From the NCBI GenBank assembly GCA_034002925.1, contig JAVEZP010000002.1:16655-80654 (forward strand): a stretch of 64,000 nucleotides of DNA, written 5' to 3'. A model generated the notes under the pieces. It did no database searches. It was not told the DNA's origin and worked only from the letters and a program-made list of their open reading frames with translations. Of this stretch, positions 53,375 through 63,353 are shown piece by piece. The translations under genes and the position numbers were made by a program. The stretch is from Patescibacteria group bacterium. GTDB taxonomy: Bacteria > Patescibacteriota > Patescibacteriia > Patescibacteriales > UBA12465. Every line of letters starts with the position of its first letter. The stretch's first letter is position 1.

Positions 53375-56300
53375 TTAATTCTTTATTAAATTATCTGCTG
53401 GATCAATAATTTGCACTGCCTCTCCTAAAGATTTAGCTAATTTTTCTCGCAGTAGAGACGAGTTATCAACTCTAAGAGCAGTTTTAATAATATGATCATT
53501 TATACCCTCAAATACTCTAAGATATACTGGGTTCTCACCAGGATGCTCTAAGCTAATATTTTTTATTATACTTTGTTGCTCAGCATTCGGAGTAACTAAA
53601 AAAGCAATGCGTAAAGCTGGTTCATGATCAGGACTGGGTGCTTTTGTTTTACTGGGCAAAGCCTTTTCTTCTATCAGAGCAGAAGAAGAGCTAAAATTAT
53701 TATTGTTTTTGCGCCAACGAGCCGGCTGACTACGTGTGGCTAATAATTGCCTTTTAAATTCATCAATTGAGGCTTGAGGATTTTGTGGATCTAATTGCGC
53801 CGCTTGATCAACTAATAATTTAGCTTCATTGTCTTTCTCTGACAAACGACCACGCACAATCACGATTGAAGAATCCTGCCAAAGCTGAGCACTTTCTTTT
53901 AAAGTTCTAGGAAAGACTAACAATTCAACACTACCACCCTTGTCTTCAATCTTAACAAACATCATAGTCTCGCCCTTGCGAGTAATAATTTTCTTTAAAT
54001 TTGTAATCACCCCTGCTACTATCAAATAATCATCTCCTTTTCTCCCGGCTAAACGCGATAAAGGCACACTATAGCCACTTAATTCTTTTTCAAAAACAGA
54101 CAAAGGATTACCAGTGATATAAAGGCCTAAAAGTTCTTTCTCCCAAGCTAAAATCTCAATTTCAGTTCGCTCTGCTGCTTCATCTAACTGTGGTCGAGAT
54201 AAATTAGCAAAAGCAGGAGCAGCAGCAAATAAACTAATTTGACCGCTAGCTTGTTGTTTAGAAAAATCACGATTAAAAGATAAAAACTTTTCTAAATTCG
54301 CCAACAAGAAAGAACGGGTACCAAAACTTTCTAAAGCCCCACTTTTAATCAAGCTCTCCAGTGACTTTTTATTTAAATCCTTATCCTGTACCCTCTCTAA
54401 TAAATCAAAAATATCACGATAAGGGCCATTTTGTTTACGTTCTTTAATAACAACACTGACTATATTTTCGCCAACATTTTTAATAGCGTTTAAACCAAAA
54501 CGAATAGTATTAACCTGTTCATCTGGTCTCGCTTCCCGATTTTCTTTAGTACCAGCCGTTACTACCGTAAAAGAATCAAAAGACTCATTAATATCAGGCG
54601 GCATGACTTTAATGCCCATCGCTTTACACTCTTCAATTTCAATCGCTACTCGATCACTATCATGCTGATCAGCTGTTAAAAGAGCGGCCATAAATTCAAC
54701 CGGCCAATGAGCTTTAAGATAGGCAGTTTGATAGCCAATCATGGCGTAACAAGCGGCATGACTACGATTAAAACCATAACCAGCAAAAGGTTCAATAAAA
54801 GAGAAAACCTTTTCTGCTAATTCTTGATGAATGCCATTTTTAACACAACCATCAATAAATTTTTCTTTTTGTTCAGCCAGTAAGGCCGCGATTTTTTTAC
54901 CCATGGCCTTTCTCAAAACATCTGCTTCTCCTGGGCTAAAACCCGCCAAAGAACGAGCAATTTGCATCACTTGTTCTTGATAAATAGCTACCCCATAAGT
55001 ACGAGCCAAAATCGGCTCTAATTTAGGATGTAAATAAACTACTTTCTTCTCTTTGTGCTTACCTTTAATAAAATCCGGAATCCATTCCATTGGACCTGGG
55101 CGATAAAGAGCTACCATCGCAATAATATCTTCAAACTCAGTCGGTTTAAGTTCTCGTAAATAACGCTTCATGCCTGAGGATTCAAATTGAAAAACGCCAG
55201 TGGTTTCCCCTTTTTGAAACAACTCATAACTAGACTGATCATCTAAATTTAAATTATCAATATCAATTTCTAAGCCTCTGGTTTTTTTAATAATTTTAAG
55301 GGCAGATTCAATGATAGTTAGATTTTTTAAACCTAAAAAATCCATCTTTAATAAACCTAAATCTTCCACTGGATGCAAAGAGTACTGAGAGACAATAGTT
55401 TTATCAGATGAAGAGGCGTATTGAATCGGTACGTATTCTGTAAGAGGTTTGGGGGTAATCAAAACACCACAAGCATGAGTAGAGCTATGACGCGCTACTC
55501 CTTCTAATTTTTTAGCAAAATCTAAAATCTTTTTTCCCTCAGCTTCATTTTGATAAATTTCTTTTACCTCTGGCACTTCTTTTAAAGCTTTGTCTAAAGA
55601 AGTAAACATGGGAATGCTTTTAGAGATACGGTCACAATAGTCATAGGGCGCCCCTAACACCCGACCAACATCACGCACCGCTGCTCTAGCGGCCATAGTT
55701 CCAAAAGTAATAATTTGCGCCACATGATCATGGCCATATTTTTCCGCTACATAATCTAGCACATCAGCCCTTCTAATATCGGCAAAATCCATATCAATAT
55801 CAGGCATGGAAATACGATCAGGATTTAAAAATCTTTCAAATAATAAATCATACTGCAGCGGATCAAGATTGGTAATACCTGTTAAATAACAGACCAAAGA
55901 TCCAGCGGCACTACCACGACCAGGGCCAACCACAATTTTATTATTCTTCGCCCAATTAACAAAATCAGCTACGATTAAGAAATAAGCTGGCCAACCCATT
56001 TTAGCAATCACTCCTAGCTCATACTGTAAACGTTCAATAATTTGCTCTTTACTTAAATTTGCCGGTAAAGGAGCAGCCCCCGCCTTAAAAACATAATCAT
56101 CGCCTTCTTTTATTAAAGAATATTTTTTTTCTAAACCTAATTCACATAAATGGAGTAAATAGGAATCACCCGAATAATTTTCTGGCACTTCAAAATGAGG
56201 TAATTGCACTTCACCTAAAGCAATCTCCACATTACACATCTCAGCAATCTTAAGCGTATTACTAATTGCTTCTGGAACATGAGCAAAAACTTTTTCCATT

Positions 56301-57049
56301 TCCGCTTTAGGTCGAATAGAATAATTACCAAAACCAATCATGCGCATCCTGTCAGTATCTTCAATTTTCTTTTTATTCTGCAGACACAATAAAATATCTT
56401 GGGCTTCATCATCTTCCGGACGAACATAATGTGAATCATTAGTCGCTACCAAGGGCACATTTAATTCTTTAGATAAAGCGATTAATTGTTCGTTGACTTT
56501 ATCCTGACCTTCAAGCTCAGGATGGTCCATGATTTCTAAATAATAGTGATCAGGACCAAATAATTCCGCATAATCTTTTATTCTTGTTCTCGCTTTATCT
56601 AAATTACCTTGTAAGATTAATTGAGAAATTTCACCCCCTAAACAGGCACTCATAGCAATAACACCTTCGTGATGTTCTTTAAGTAATTCCCAATCAATAC
56701 GTGGTTTGTAATAAAAGCCTTCTAAATGAGCAATAGACACTAATTTAATCAAATTTTTATAACCAATATTATTCTCTGCCAACAAAACTAAATGAAAACT
56801 ACGAGCATCTTCACGCGTATTTTTATCAAAACGAGAATTAGGGGCTAAATAGGCCTCAACGCCAATAATAGGTTTAATTCCTGCTTTTTTACACTTTTGA
56901 TAAAATTCAATTGCACCATATAAAACACCATGATCAGTTAAAGCAATAGCAGGGGCGCCATCAGTTACTGCCGCTTTTACTAAATCATCTATTTTAATCA
57001 GTCCGTCTAATAAAGAATAGTGACTATGATTGTGCAAATGAATAAACAT
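53375..57049 (-). CDS. dnaE: DNA polymerase III alpha subunit
   Basis: 1224 aa with a PHP domain (FIHLHNHSHYSLLDG), polymerase core motifs and an OB fold. Confidence 0.95.
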   Translation of the reverse strand: MFIHLHNHSHYSLLDGLIKIDDLVKAAVTDGAPAIALTDHGVLYGAIEFYQKCKKAGIKPIIGVEAYLAPNSRFDKNTREDARSFHLVLLAENNIGYKNLIKLVSIAHLEGFYYKPRIDWELLKEHHEGVIAMSACLGGEISQLILQGNLDKARTRIKDYAELFGPDHYYLEIMDHPELEGQDKVNEQLIALSKELNVPLVATNDSHYVRPEDDEAQDILLCLQNKKKIEDTDRMRMIGFGNYSIRPKAEMEKVFAHVPEAISNTLKIAEMCNVEIALGEVQLPHFEVPENYSGDSYLLHLCELGLEKKYSLIKEGDDYVFKAGAAPLPANLSKEQIIERLQYELGVIAKMGWPAYFLIVADFVNWAKNNKIVVGPGRGSAAGSLVCYLTGITNLDPLQYDLLFERFLNPDRISMPDIDMDFADIRRADVLDYVAEKYGHDHVAQIITFGTMAARAAVRDVGRVLGAPYDYCDRISKSIPMFTSLDKALKEVPEVKEIYQNEAEGKKILDFAKKLEGVARHSSTHACGVLITPKPLTEYVPIQYASSSDKTIVSQYSLHPVEDLGLLKMDFLGLKNLTIIESALKIIKKTRGLEIDIDNLNLDDQSSYELFQKGETTGVFQFESSGMKRYLRELKPTEFEDIIAMVALYRPGPMEWIPDFIKGKHKEKKVVYLHPKLEPILARTYGVAIYQEQVMQIARSLAGFSPGEADVLRKAMGKKIAALLAEQKEKFIDGCVKNGIHQELAEKVFSFIEPFAGYGFNRSHAACYAMIGYQTAYLKAHWPVEFMAALLTADQHDSDRVAIEIEECKAMGIKVMPPDINESFDSFTVVTAGTKENREARPDEQVNTIRFGLNAIKNVGENIVSVVIKERKQNGPYRDIFDLLERVQDKDLNKKSLESLIKSGALESFGTRSFLLANLEKFLSFNRDFSKQQASGQISLFAAAPAFANLSRPQLDEAAERTEIEILAWEKELLGLYITGNPLSVFEKELSGYSVPLSRLAGRKGDDYLIVAGVITNLKKIITRKGETMMFVKIEDKGGSVELLVFPRTLKESAQLWQDSSIVIVRGRLSEKDNEAKLLVDQAAQLDPQNPQASIDEFKRQLLATRSQPARWRKNNNNFSSSSALIEEKALPSKTKAPSPDHEPALRIAFLVTPNAEQQSIIKNISLEHPGENPVYLRVFEGINDHIIKTALRVDNSSLLREKLAKSLGEAVQIIDPADNLIKN

Positions 57050-57202
57050 GTAACAATAAATTTAATTCTTTTTTATCTTTAAACTATAACAATTTTATCT
57101 CCTTCCCGCAATCTAGACAAAGCCTTAATAATTAATTATAAACTATCAAAAAAAGAAGGTCTTCCCTCCTCTTTTTTAGCTAATTTTATTTCAATAAAAT
57201 CA

Positions 57203-58072
57203 CTAATCTAATTTTTCAATAATCGCATCCAATTCAGCGTCACTATAAAATTCTAAGACCACCTTTCCGCCCTTTTTAGAACGCATAATTTTGGCTTTAG
57301 TGCCAAAAAAAGAACGTAATTGCTTTTCCTTGTCTTGATCAGCATAGTTAATATGCACTCTAGCTGCTTTAGTGCCACCTAAACGCTTAGTTTCTTCATG
57401 AGTTTGAGCGACAGATAAATTCTGATGTAAAATCTTTTTAAATAAAATAATTTGCTTAGTTTCTTCAGGGATGCCTAATAAATATTTAGCATGGGCTTCG
57501 GTGATACGACCCGCACTTAAAGCCCGTTGAATTTCTTCTGGCAATTCTAAAAGACGTAAAATGTTAGCTACACTAGAACGAGCCTTACCTACTTTTTTTG
57601 CTGTTTCTTCTTGACTCAGATTAAATTCATTCATTAAACGCTCGTAAGCACGGGCTGTTTCAATGGCATCTAAATTCTGACGTTGAACATTCTCAATTAA
57701 AGCTAATTCTAATTTCTTTTGTTCTGTTGCTTCTCTGATAATTACCGGCACAGTTTTAAGAGCAGCTAATTGAGCACTACGCAACCTTCTTTCTCCAGCA
57801 ATTAATTGATATTTTTCTCCTGTCCGAGTCACTACTAAAGGCTGCATAATACCATGCTCTTTAATAGAATCAACTAATTCTTGTAAAGAAATTTCACTAA
57901 AATTATGTCGAGGTTGATAAGGATTAACTTCAATTAAATTCGGATTAATATGAAAAATACGATCACTGTCTGTTAAGGTGATTTCAGGGCTCTGATTTTT
58001 TAATATTTCATCAGAATCAATATTTTTTTTGGGAATAAGAGAACTTAAGCCCCTACCTAAAGTCTGAGACAT
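57203..58072 (-). CDS. parB: Chromosome partitioning protein ParB
   Basis: Contains ParB box GERRLRSAQLAAL and an HTH, adjacent to parA. Confidence 0.92.
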   Translation of the reverse strand: MSQTLGRGLSSLIPKKNIDSDEILKNQSPEITLTDSDRIFHINPNLIEVNPYQPRHNFSEISLQELVDSIKEHGIMQPLVVTRTGEKYQLIAGERRLRSAQLAALKTVPVIIREATEQKKLELALIENVQRQNLDAIETARAYERLMNEFNLSQEETAKKVGKARSSVANILRLLELPEEIQRALSAGRITEAHAKYLLGIPEETKQIILFKKILHQNLSVAQTHEETKRLGGTKAARVHINYADQDKEKQLRSFFGTKAKIMRSKKGGKVVLEFYSDAELDAIIEKLD

Positions 58073-58077
58073 ATAAA

Positions 58078-58842
58078 TTAATTATTTAAAGCGATTAATT
58101 CTTGAGCTAAAGCTTCATAGGCTTTAGCGCCACGTGAACGTGGGTCATAATGTAAAATACTTAAACCATGACTAGGGGCCTCCGCTAATTTAACGCTACG
58201 CGGAATAACACTCTTAAATACTCGCCCTGGAAAAAATTGTTTTAATTCTTCCAAAACTGCTCCTGATAATTTATTACGCTTATCAAACATTGTCACTACC
58301 GCCCCCATTATTTCTAAAGAAGGTTTTAAATTATCCTGCACCAATTTAATTGTTTCCAATAATTGCCCCAAACCTTCTAAAGCATAATATTCACTTTGAA
58401 TAGGAATTAAAATAGCATCAGCCGCCACCAAACTATTAACTGTTAATAAACCTAAAGAAGGTGGACCATCAATAATAATATAATCATAATCTGGGCGTAA
58501 CTCTTCTAATAATAATGCTAAGCGAAATTCTCTATTTTCTAAGGCCACCATTTCAATACCAGCCCCCGCCAAAGAAACTGTAGCTGGAGCTACGCTATAA
58601 TTTTTTTGTTTAGTAGGCTGAATAACTTCTTTTAATCTTTTCTGATCCAACAGAGCTTCATAAACACCAGCCTCTAAATGAGCATGCTCAATCCCTAAAC
58701 CTGAGGTCGCATTAGCTTGAGGATCTAAATCAATTAATAAGACTTTTTTTCCTAGCTCAGCTAAATATGCCCCTAAATTAACAGTGGTAGTGGTTTTACC
58801 CACTCCCCCCTTTTGATTAACAATAGCAATAACTTTTGCCAT
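58078..58842 (-). CDS. parA: Chromosome partitioning ATPase ParA/Soj
   Basis: Contains the deviant Walker A motif NQKGGVGKTTT. 254 aa. Confidence 0.93.
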   Translation of the reverse strand: MAKVIAIVNQKGGVGKTTTTVNLGAYLAELGKKVLLIDLDPQANATSGLGIEHAHLEAGVYEALLDQKRLKEVIQPTKQKNYSVAPATVSLAGAGIEMVALENREFRLALLLEELRPDYDYIIIDGPPSLGLLTVNSLVAADAILIPIQSEYYALEGLGQLLETIKLVQDNLKPSLEIMGAVVTMFDKRNKLSGAVLEELKQFFPGRVFKSVIPRSVKLAEAPSHGLSILHYDPRSRGAKAYEALAQELIALNN

Positions 58843-58908
58843 AATAAATACACTTAAAATAAGCCAAAATAAACTATAACAGCTCTATTATATCTTAAAA
58901 ACTCTCCT

Positions 58909-58937
58909 TTGACAATTGAATATTTATTTATTATACT
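58909..58937 (+). promoter_or_regulatory. Candidate promoter of tRNA-Leu
   Basis: TTGACA, then 17 nt, then TATACT, ending 20 nt before the tRNA 5' end. Confidence 0.55.
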
Positions 58938-58956
58938 AAAAACCATCAGCGTGTTA

Positions 58957-59040
58957 GCCCAGGTGTCGGAACTGGTAGACGAACGCGACTCAAAATCGCG
59001 CGGCCGTAAGGCCATGCGGGTTCGATTCCCGCTCTGGGCA
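58957..59040 (+). tRNA. tRNA-Leu (anticodon CAA), class II with a long variable arm, CCA not encoded
   Basis: Acceptor stem GCCCAGG..., anticodon arm CGCGA CTCAAAA TCGCG, variable arm GGCC GTAA GGCC, T arm GCGGG TTCGATT CCCGC, then TCTGGGC A. Confidence 0.93.
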
Positions 59041-59045
59041 CAAAT

Positions 59046-59073
59046 AAGACTCCTTAATCGGAGTCTTTATTTT
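59046..59073 (+). terminator. Hairpin terminator after tRNA-Leu
   Basis: Stem aagactcc/ggagtctt (8 bp) with loop ttaatc, then a T-rich run. Confidence 0.65.
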
Positions 59074-59425
59074 ATCTCATTTTCTGAAAACGAACCGAAA
59101 ATACTGGCTCATATTCCACTTGATTAGCATCTACTATTTTTACTTCCTCTCCTTTGGTAAATTGAGTCAGCGCCAGATCACTCAACATCTGTTTATCACC
59201 GGCAATATTCAACTTCAAACCCTCTAATTTATCAAACTCCTCTTTAAAATCACTTTGCACTCTGAGCTCAATTTGTTTCTTTTTTAATTTTAAATTTTCT
59301 AATTCTTGTAAGATTTCTTGATAAGGTTGATCGACAGATAAAGCATCACGATACATTTTTTTTAACTCTTTTTGGTCTTTTTGTAGAGCCTGCAAACGCT
59401 CAAAGATTTCATGTAATTGGGACAT
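59072..59425 (-). CDS. Coiled-coil hypothetical protein
   Basis: 117 aa with a heptad-like, charged sequence. No family recognised. Confidence 0.55.
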   Translation of the reverse strand: MSQLHEIFERLQALQKDQKELKKMYRDALSVDQPYQEILQELENLKLKKKQIELRVQSDFKEEFDKLEGLKLNIAGDKQMLSDLALTQFTKGEEVKIVDANQVEYEPVFSVRFQKMR

Positions 59426-59535
59426 AATAATGAAAATAAAAGAAATAAATATTTATAAGATAGAAACAGTATAACACAATTTTTTCTAAATAAAAAAACT
59501 GCATTTTTTCAGCAGTTTTTTCATAATTTTAAAAT

Positions 59536-60621
59536 TTATTGAATAACGCCACCACCTAAAACTTGATTTCTTTGATAGAAAACTGCACTTTGACCAGCCG
59601 TCACCGCTCTGGTAGCTTTTTTAAGTATAACTTTTAATTCTCCTTTCTTTTTACCTATTTCCACCCTACAAGGCAAGGCTTGATGACCATAGCGAATAAT
59701 TACCTGACAATTTAAAGGCAAAACAGGCGGCTGAGAACTCATCCAAGTAGCTTGATTAACATAGAATTCTTTTTTCTGTAACAACTTATCACTCCAACTG
59801 CCAACTACCCAAAGAGTATTACTTTTTTTATCTTTTTTAGAAACATAATATGGACCCGTGCCACCAATTTCAATCCCTTTTCTTTGACCAATAGTATAAA
59901 GAGCTAAACCCTGATGTTGGCCAATTATTTCTTGACTATCTTCATGCTTAATTGGACCTGGGCTAAGTTTTAAATGACGCTTTAAAAACAAGCTATGCGC
60001 TCCTGAGAGAAAACAAATATCTTGACTCTCGGCCTTACTAGCAGTGGGCAAATTATATTTAGCTGCGATGGCCCTAACTTCTGTTTTAGTATATTTACCT
60101 AAAGGAAAGTATAGTCTTTGAATTTCCGATTGACTAAAGGTGTAAAGAAAATATGATTGATCTTTGTGCTTATCTTTAGCTCGATAAATTCTGCTTTCGC
60201 CCTCTTTATCAAGCCTTCTTAAATAATGACCACTAGCCACTCCATCAAAACCCATGGCTTTAGCTTTTTTCAGCAATAAGCCCATTTTTATCTGTTTATT
60301 ACACACAACACAAGGATTAGGAGTGCGACCAGCCTCATACTCTGAGAGAAAATAATCAACCACTGTTTTTTTAAATTCTTGAGAAAAATCTAGGGTAAAA
60401 AAAGGTATGCCAATTTGAGCGGCTACACGTTTAGCATCTAGTAAAGATTCTAAAGAGCAACATTTATTTTCTTTTTTTTCAGGATCGCTCTCATCTTTCC
60501 AAAAGTTTAAAAAGACACCACTGATATCATAGCCTTGATTTTTTAATAATTGTGCACTCACCGAAGAATCAACTCCACCGGACATAGCAACTAATATTTT
60601 TAATGCCTTATTTTTTTTCAT
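59536..60621 (-). CDS. mnmA: tRNA-specific 2-thiouridylase MnmA
   Basis: PP-loop VAMSGGVDSSV and the catalytic Cys context NPCVVCN. Confidence 0.92.
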   Translation of the reverse strand: MKKNKALKILVAMSGGVDSSVSAQLLKNQGYDISGVFLNFWKDESDPEKKENKCCSLESLLDAKRVAAQIGIPFFTLDFSQEFKKTVVDYFLSEYEAGRTPNPCVVCNKQIKMGLLLKKAKAMGFDGVASGHYLRRLDKEGESRIYRAKDKHKDQSYFLYTFSQSEIQRLYFPLGKYTKTEVRAIAAKYNLPTASKAESQDICFLSGAHSLFLKRHLKLSPGPIKHEDSQEIIGQHQGLALYTIGQRKGIEIGGTGPYYVSKKDKKSNTLWVVGSWSDKLLQKKEFYVNQATWMSSQPPVLPLNCQVIIRYGHQALPCRVEIGKKKGELKVILKKATRAVTAGQSAVFYQRNQVLGGGVIQ

Positions 60622-60630
60622 AAATTAACT

Positions 60631-61068
60631 CTAAAGATCAAGAATAATAGTGGTAGGACCATCATTAGTCAATTGCACTTTCATGTGCTTAGCAAATTGA
60701 CCCAAAGAGACACTAATATTTAAAGCCTCCAGTTTTTGAACAACTACATCAATTAAGGGCTTAGCTTCTTCTGGGTGAGCCGAATCAAGGAAGCTGGGAC
60801 GATGACCCTTGTCAGTGTTAGCATAAAGGGTAAATTGAGAAACTAACAAGACTGATCCACCTGCATTTAAGAGCGATAAGTTCATTTTGCCTTCATTATC
60901 CGCTATGATTCGTAAATTAGCAATTTTAAGCGCCATTTTCTCTGCCTGCCTGATAGTGTCCCCTGTTTTAATAGCAATTAATACTAAAAAACCAGACTTA
61001 ATCTCACTAATTATTTTATCATCAACTGTAACGGAAGCTTGTTCCACTCTTTGAATAATAGCGCGCAT
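60631..61068 (-). CDS. dtd: D-aminoacyl-tRNA deacylase
   Basis: 145 aa containing MRAIIQRV.. and ..SQFTLYA..KGHRPSF... Confidence 0.9.
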   Translation of the reverse strand: MRAIIQRVEQASVTVDDKIISEIKSGFLVLIAIKTGDTIRQAEKMALKIANLRIIADNEGKMNLSLLNAGGSVLLVSQFTLYANTDKGHRPSFLDSAHPEEAKPLIDVVVQKLEALNISVSLGQFAKHMKVQLTNDGPTTIILDL

Positions 61069-61071
61069 ATA

Positions 61072-62214
61072 TTATAAGCTATTAAATAATCTTAGGTACT
61101 GCCTAGCCGTCTCTTGCCAAGAAAATAATTCTGCTTGTTTTTTGCCTTGTTTAATAAAATCAGCTTTTAAATCTTGATTATTAATCATTAATTCCAAGGC
61201 CTTGGCAATGTCATTAATATCGTAGGGATTAATAGTTAAAGCGGCTTTTCCTACGACCTCTGGCACACTTGAGACATTACTAGTAATAACTGCTAAGCCT
61301 CTGTCCATCGCCTCTAAAACTGGCAAACCAAAGCCTTCGTAATAAGAAGGGTAAACAAATACTTCTGCCTTTTGATAAAGCAATTCTTTCTGACGATTAG
61401 AAACATAACCTAAAAACTTTATATCACGACGATAAGGCGATTCTTCCCAGGCACGATAAATTTCTCGACTCCGCCACCCCTTAGCTCCTGCTAATACTAA
61501 TTGAATATCGACTAAATTGATATTTTCATCCCGAAAAGTGTTATAAGCATGAATTAAACCCGCCACATTCTTCCGTGGTTCAATAGTGCCAAGATATAAA
61601 ATAAAACGAGAATTTAAAGCGTGTTTTTTTAAAAAGTTTCTTTCTTCTTCTGGTCCAGGCAAAGGAGCGGGTGGATTAACGCCCGAATAAATAGTATGCA
61701 CTTTAGTAGGCTCAACTTTAAGCAACTCAATTAAATCTTGACGGGTATTTTCAGAAACAGCCACAATAGCCGTCGCTTGAGTTACTAGCTTTTTAATCTG
61801 TAAAGATCGATGCCAAAAATTTTTCCGCCTACTAAAAAACTCCGGATAACGCAAAAAAGAAATATCATGGATAGTTAAAACATTTTTAGCATTCTTAGAA
61901 AAGTTACTAAAATTAATATGTGGTGACCAAAAAATATCTGAACCACCTACTAGCCTATCCAATTTAGGCCAAGCAAAATATCTCTGCAAACAATAATTAA
62001 AAATTTTATTAGGATAAGAAGTTTTGCAAATCTTTAAATTATCATGGTCAAAACGACCGATGCGAGCTCGCATATCACGAGCAGAGTTATAAAAAAGACA
62101 AAATTCATCACTTTTATCTAAGGCTAAAATGCTACGCAAAAGAATAGAAGTATATTCAGAAACACCACTATATTGCTTATCCATTAAAACCCTGATATCA
62201 ACCCCAATTTTCAT
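61072..62214 (-). CDS. Glycosyltransferase family 4 (GT-B)
   Basis: Contains EGFGLPVLEAMDRGLAVITSNVSSVPEVVG. Confidence 0.88.
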   Translation of the reverse strand: MKIGVDIRVLMDKQYSGVSEYTSILLRSILALDKSDEFCLFYNSARDMRARIGRFDHDNLKICKTSYPNKIFNYCLQRYFAWPKLDRLVGGSDIFWSPHINFSNFSKNAKNVLTIHDISFLRYPEFFSRRKNFWHRSLQIKKLVTQATAIVAVSENTRQDLIELLKVEPTKVHTIYSGVNPPAPLPGPEEERNFLKKHALNSRFILYLGTIEPRKNVAGLIHAYNTFRDENINLVDIQLVLAGAKGWRSREIYRAWEESPYRRDIKFLGYVSNRQKELLYQKAEVFVYPSYYEGFGLPVLEAMDRGLAVITSNVSSVPEVVGKAALTINPYDINDIAKALELMINNQDLKADFIKQGKKQAELFSWQETARQYLRLFNSL

Positions 62215-62215
62215 A

Positions 62216-63343
62216 TTAATCCTCTAATTTAAGACCCTTTTCACTAATAAAAGATCTAAGTTGTTGGCTAAAATTTTGAACTGAATATTTTTCTGATTCA
62301 GCTCTAATTTCCGTACTTGACCACATTGTATGAGACATAAAGCGCCGGACGCACTCACTCACTGCTTTTGGTGTTTGTTCATTGAAAAATAAGCCAGTCT
62401 TCCCTTCTATGACTGTCTCGGTAGCGCCACCGCGATTATAAGCCAAAACCGGGCGACCAGAGGCCATAGCTTCAACAACAGTAATCCCAAAATCTTCTTC
62501 CTGAGGATTAATAAAAGCTAAAGCCTGGCTATAGAGCTTGGCTTTTTCTTCTTCGCTCACTCGACCAAGAAATTCAATATTTTCATATCCTTCTGCCAGG
62601 GCTTGTAAACGCTTGAGATCTAGACCATCGCCAAAGATTTTTAAACGAAAATCAGGTCCTAATTCCTTAAAAGCCTCAATCACCACATCCACTCTTTTAT
62701 AAGGAGCCAAACGGCAACCAATTAAAAAATAGCTGTCTTCTTTTTTTTGTTGACTTAAATCACTGATATAGAACTTATCAGTTTCCACCGGTGGATAGAT
62801 AATCTGTGAAGAGCGACGATAAAACTTTTTAATTCTCTTTTTAACTGTTTTTGAATTAGCAATAAAATAATCAACTCTTTGAGCAGCCGCAAAATCCCAC
62901 AAACGTAATCTACCTAAAGTTAAAGAAATTATTTTCTTAATCCATTTATTATACTTTAATTCATTGAGATATTGATGGGCATCACTCCACAGGTAACGAG
63001 TGGGGGTATGGCAATAGCAGATATGTAAAGTTTCCGGCGTGGTAATTACCCCCTTAGCAAAAGCACTGGCATCAGAAATCACTAAATCAAAACCACGCAA
63101 ATCAAAAAATTCAACTGCCATGGGCATAAAATACAAATACCATTTGTAATGCTTCACTCCTCCTGGCAACCTTTGAATAACTGAAGTTTCAATATGCTTG
63201 CCAGCAAAATTTTTAGCGACATTTTTCCGATCATAGAGCAAAGTATAAATAGGCGCCTCAGGAAAGATATCCGTTAACACTTTTAAAACTTTTTCTGCGC
63301 CCCCTTCTTGGGCTAAATGATCATGAATTAAAGCAACTTTCAT
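62216..63343 (-). CDS. Glycosyltransferase family 4 (GT-B)
   Basis: Contains EDFGITVVEAMASGRPVLAYNRGGATETVIEGKTGLFF. Confidence 0.88.
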   Translation of the reverse strand: MKVALIHDHLAQEGGAEKVLKVLTDIFPEAPIYTLLYDRKNVAKNFAGKHIETSVIQRLPGGVKHYKWYLYFMPMAVEFFDLRGFDLVISDASAFAKGVITTPETLHICYCHTPTRYLWSDAHQYLNELKYNKWIKKIISLTLGRLRLWDFAAAQRVDYFIANSKTVKKRIKKFYRRSSQIIYPPVETDKFYISDLSQQKKEDSYFLIGCRLAPYKRVDVVIEAFKELGPDFRLKIFGDGLDLKRLQALAEGYENIEFLGRVSEEEKAKLYSQALAFINPQEEDFGITVVEAMASGRPVLAYNRGGATETVIEGKTGLFFNEQTPKAVSECVRRFMSHTMWSSTEIRAESEKYSVQNFSQQLRSFISEKGLKLED

Positions 63344-63353
63344 GAGATAATTG

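Noticed and set aside
58909-59127. 72-aa plus-strand ORF overlapping tRNA-Leu
   Set aside because: It is fully explained by the tRNA-Leu(CAA) gene with its promoter and terminator.
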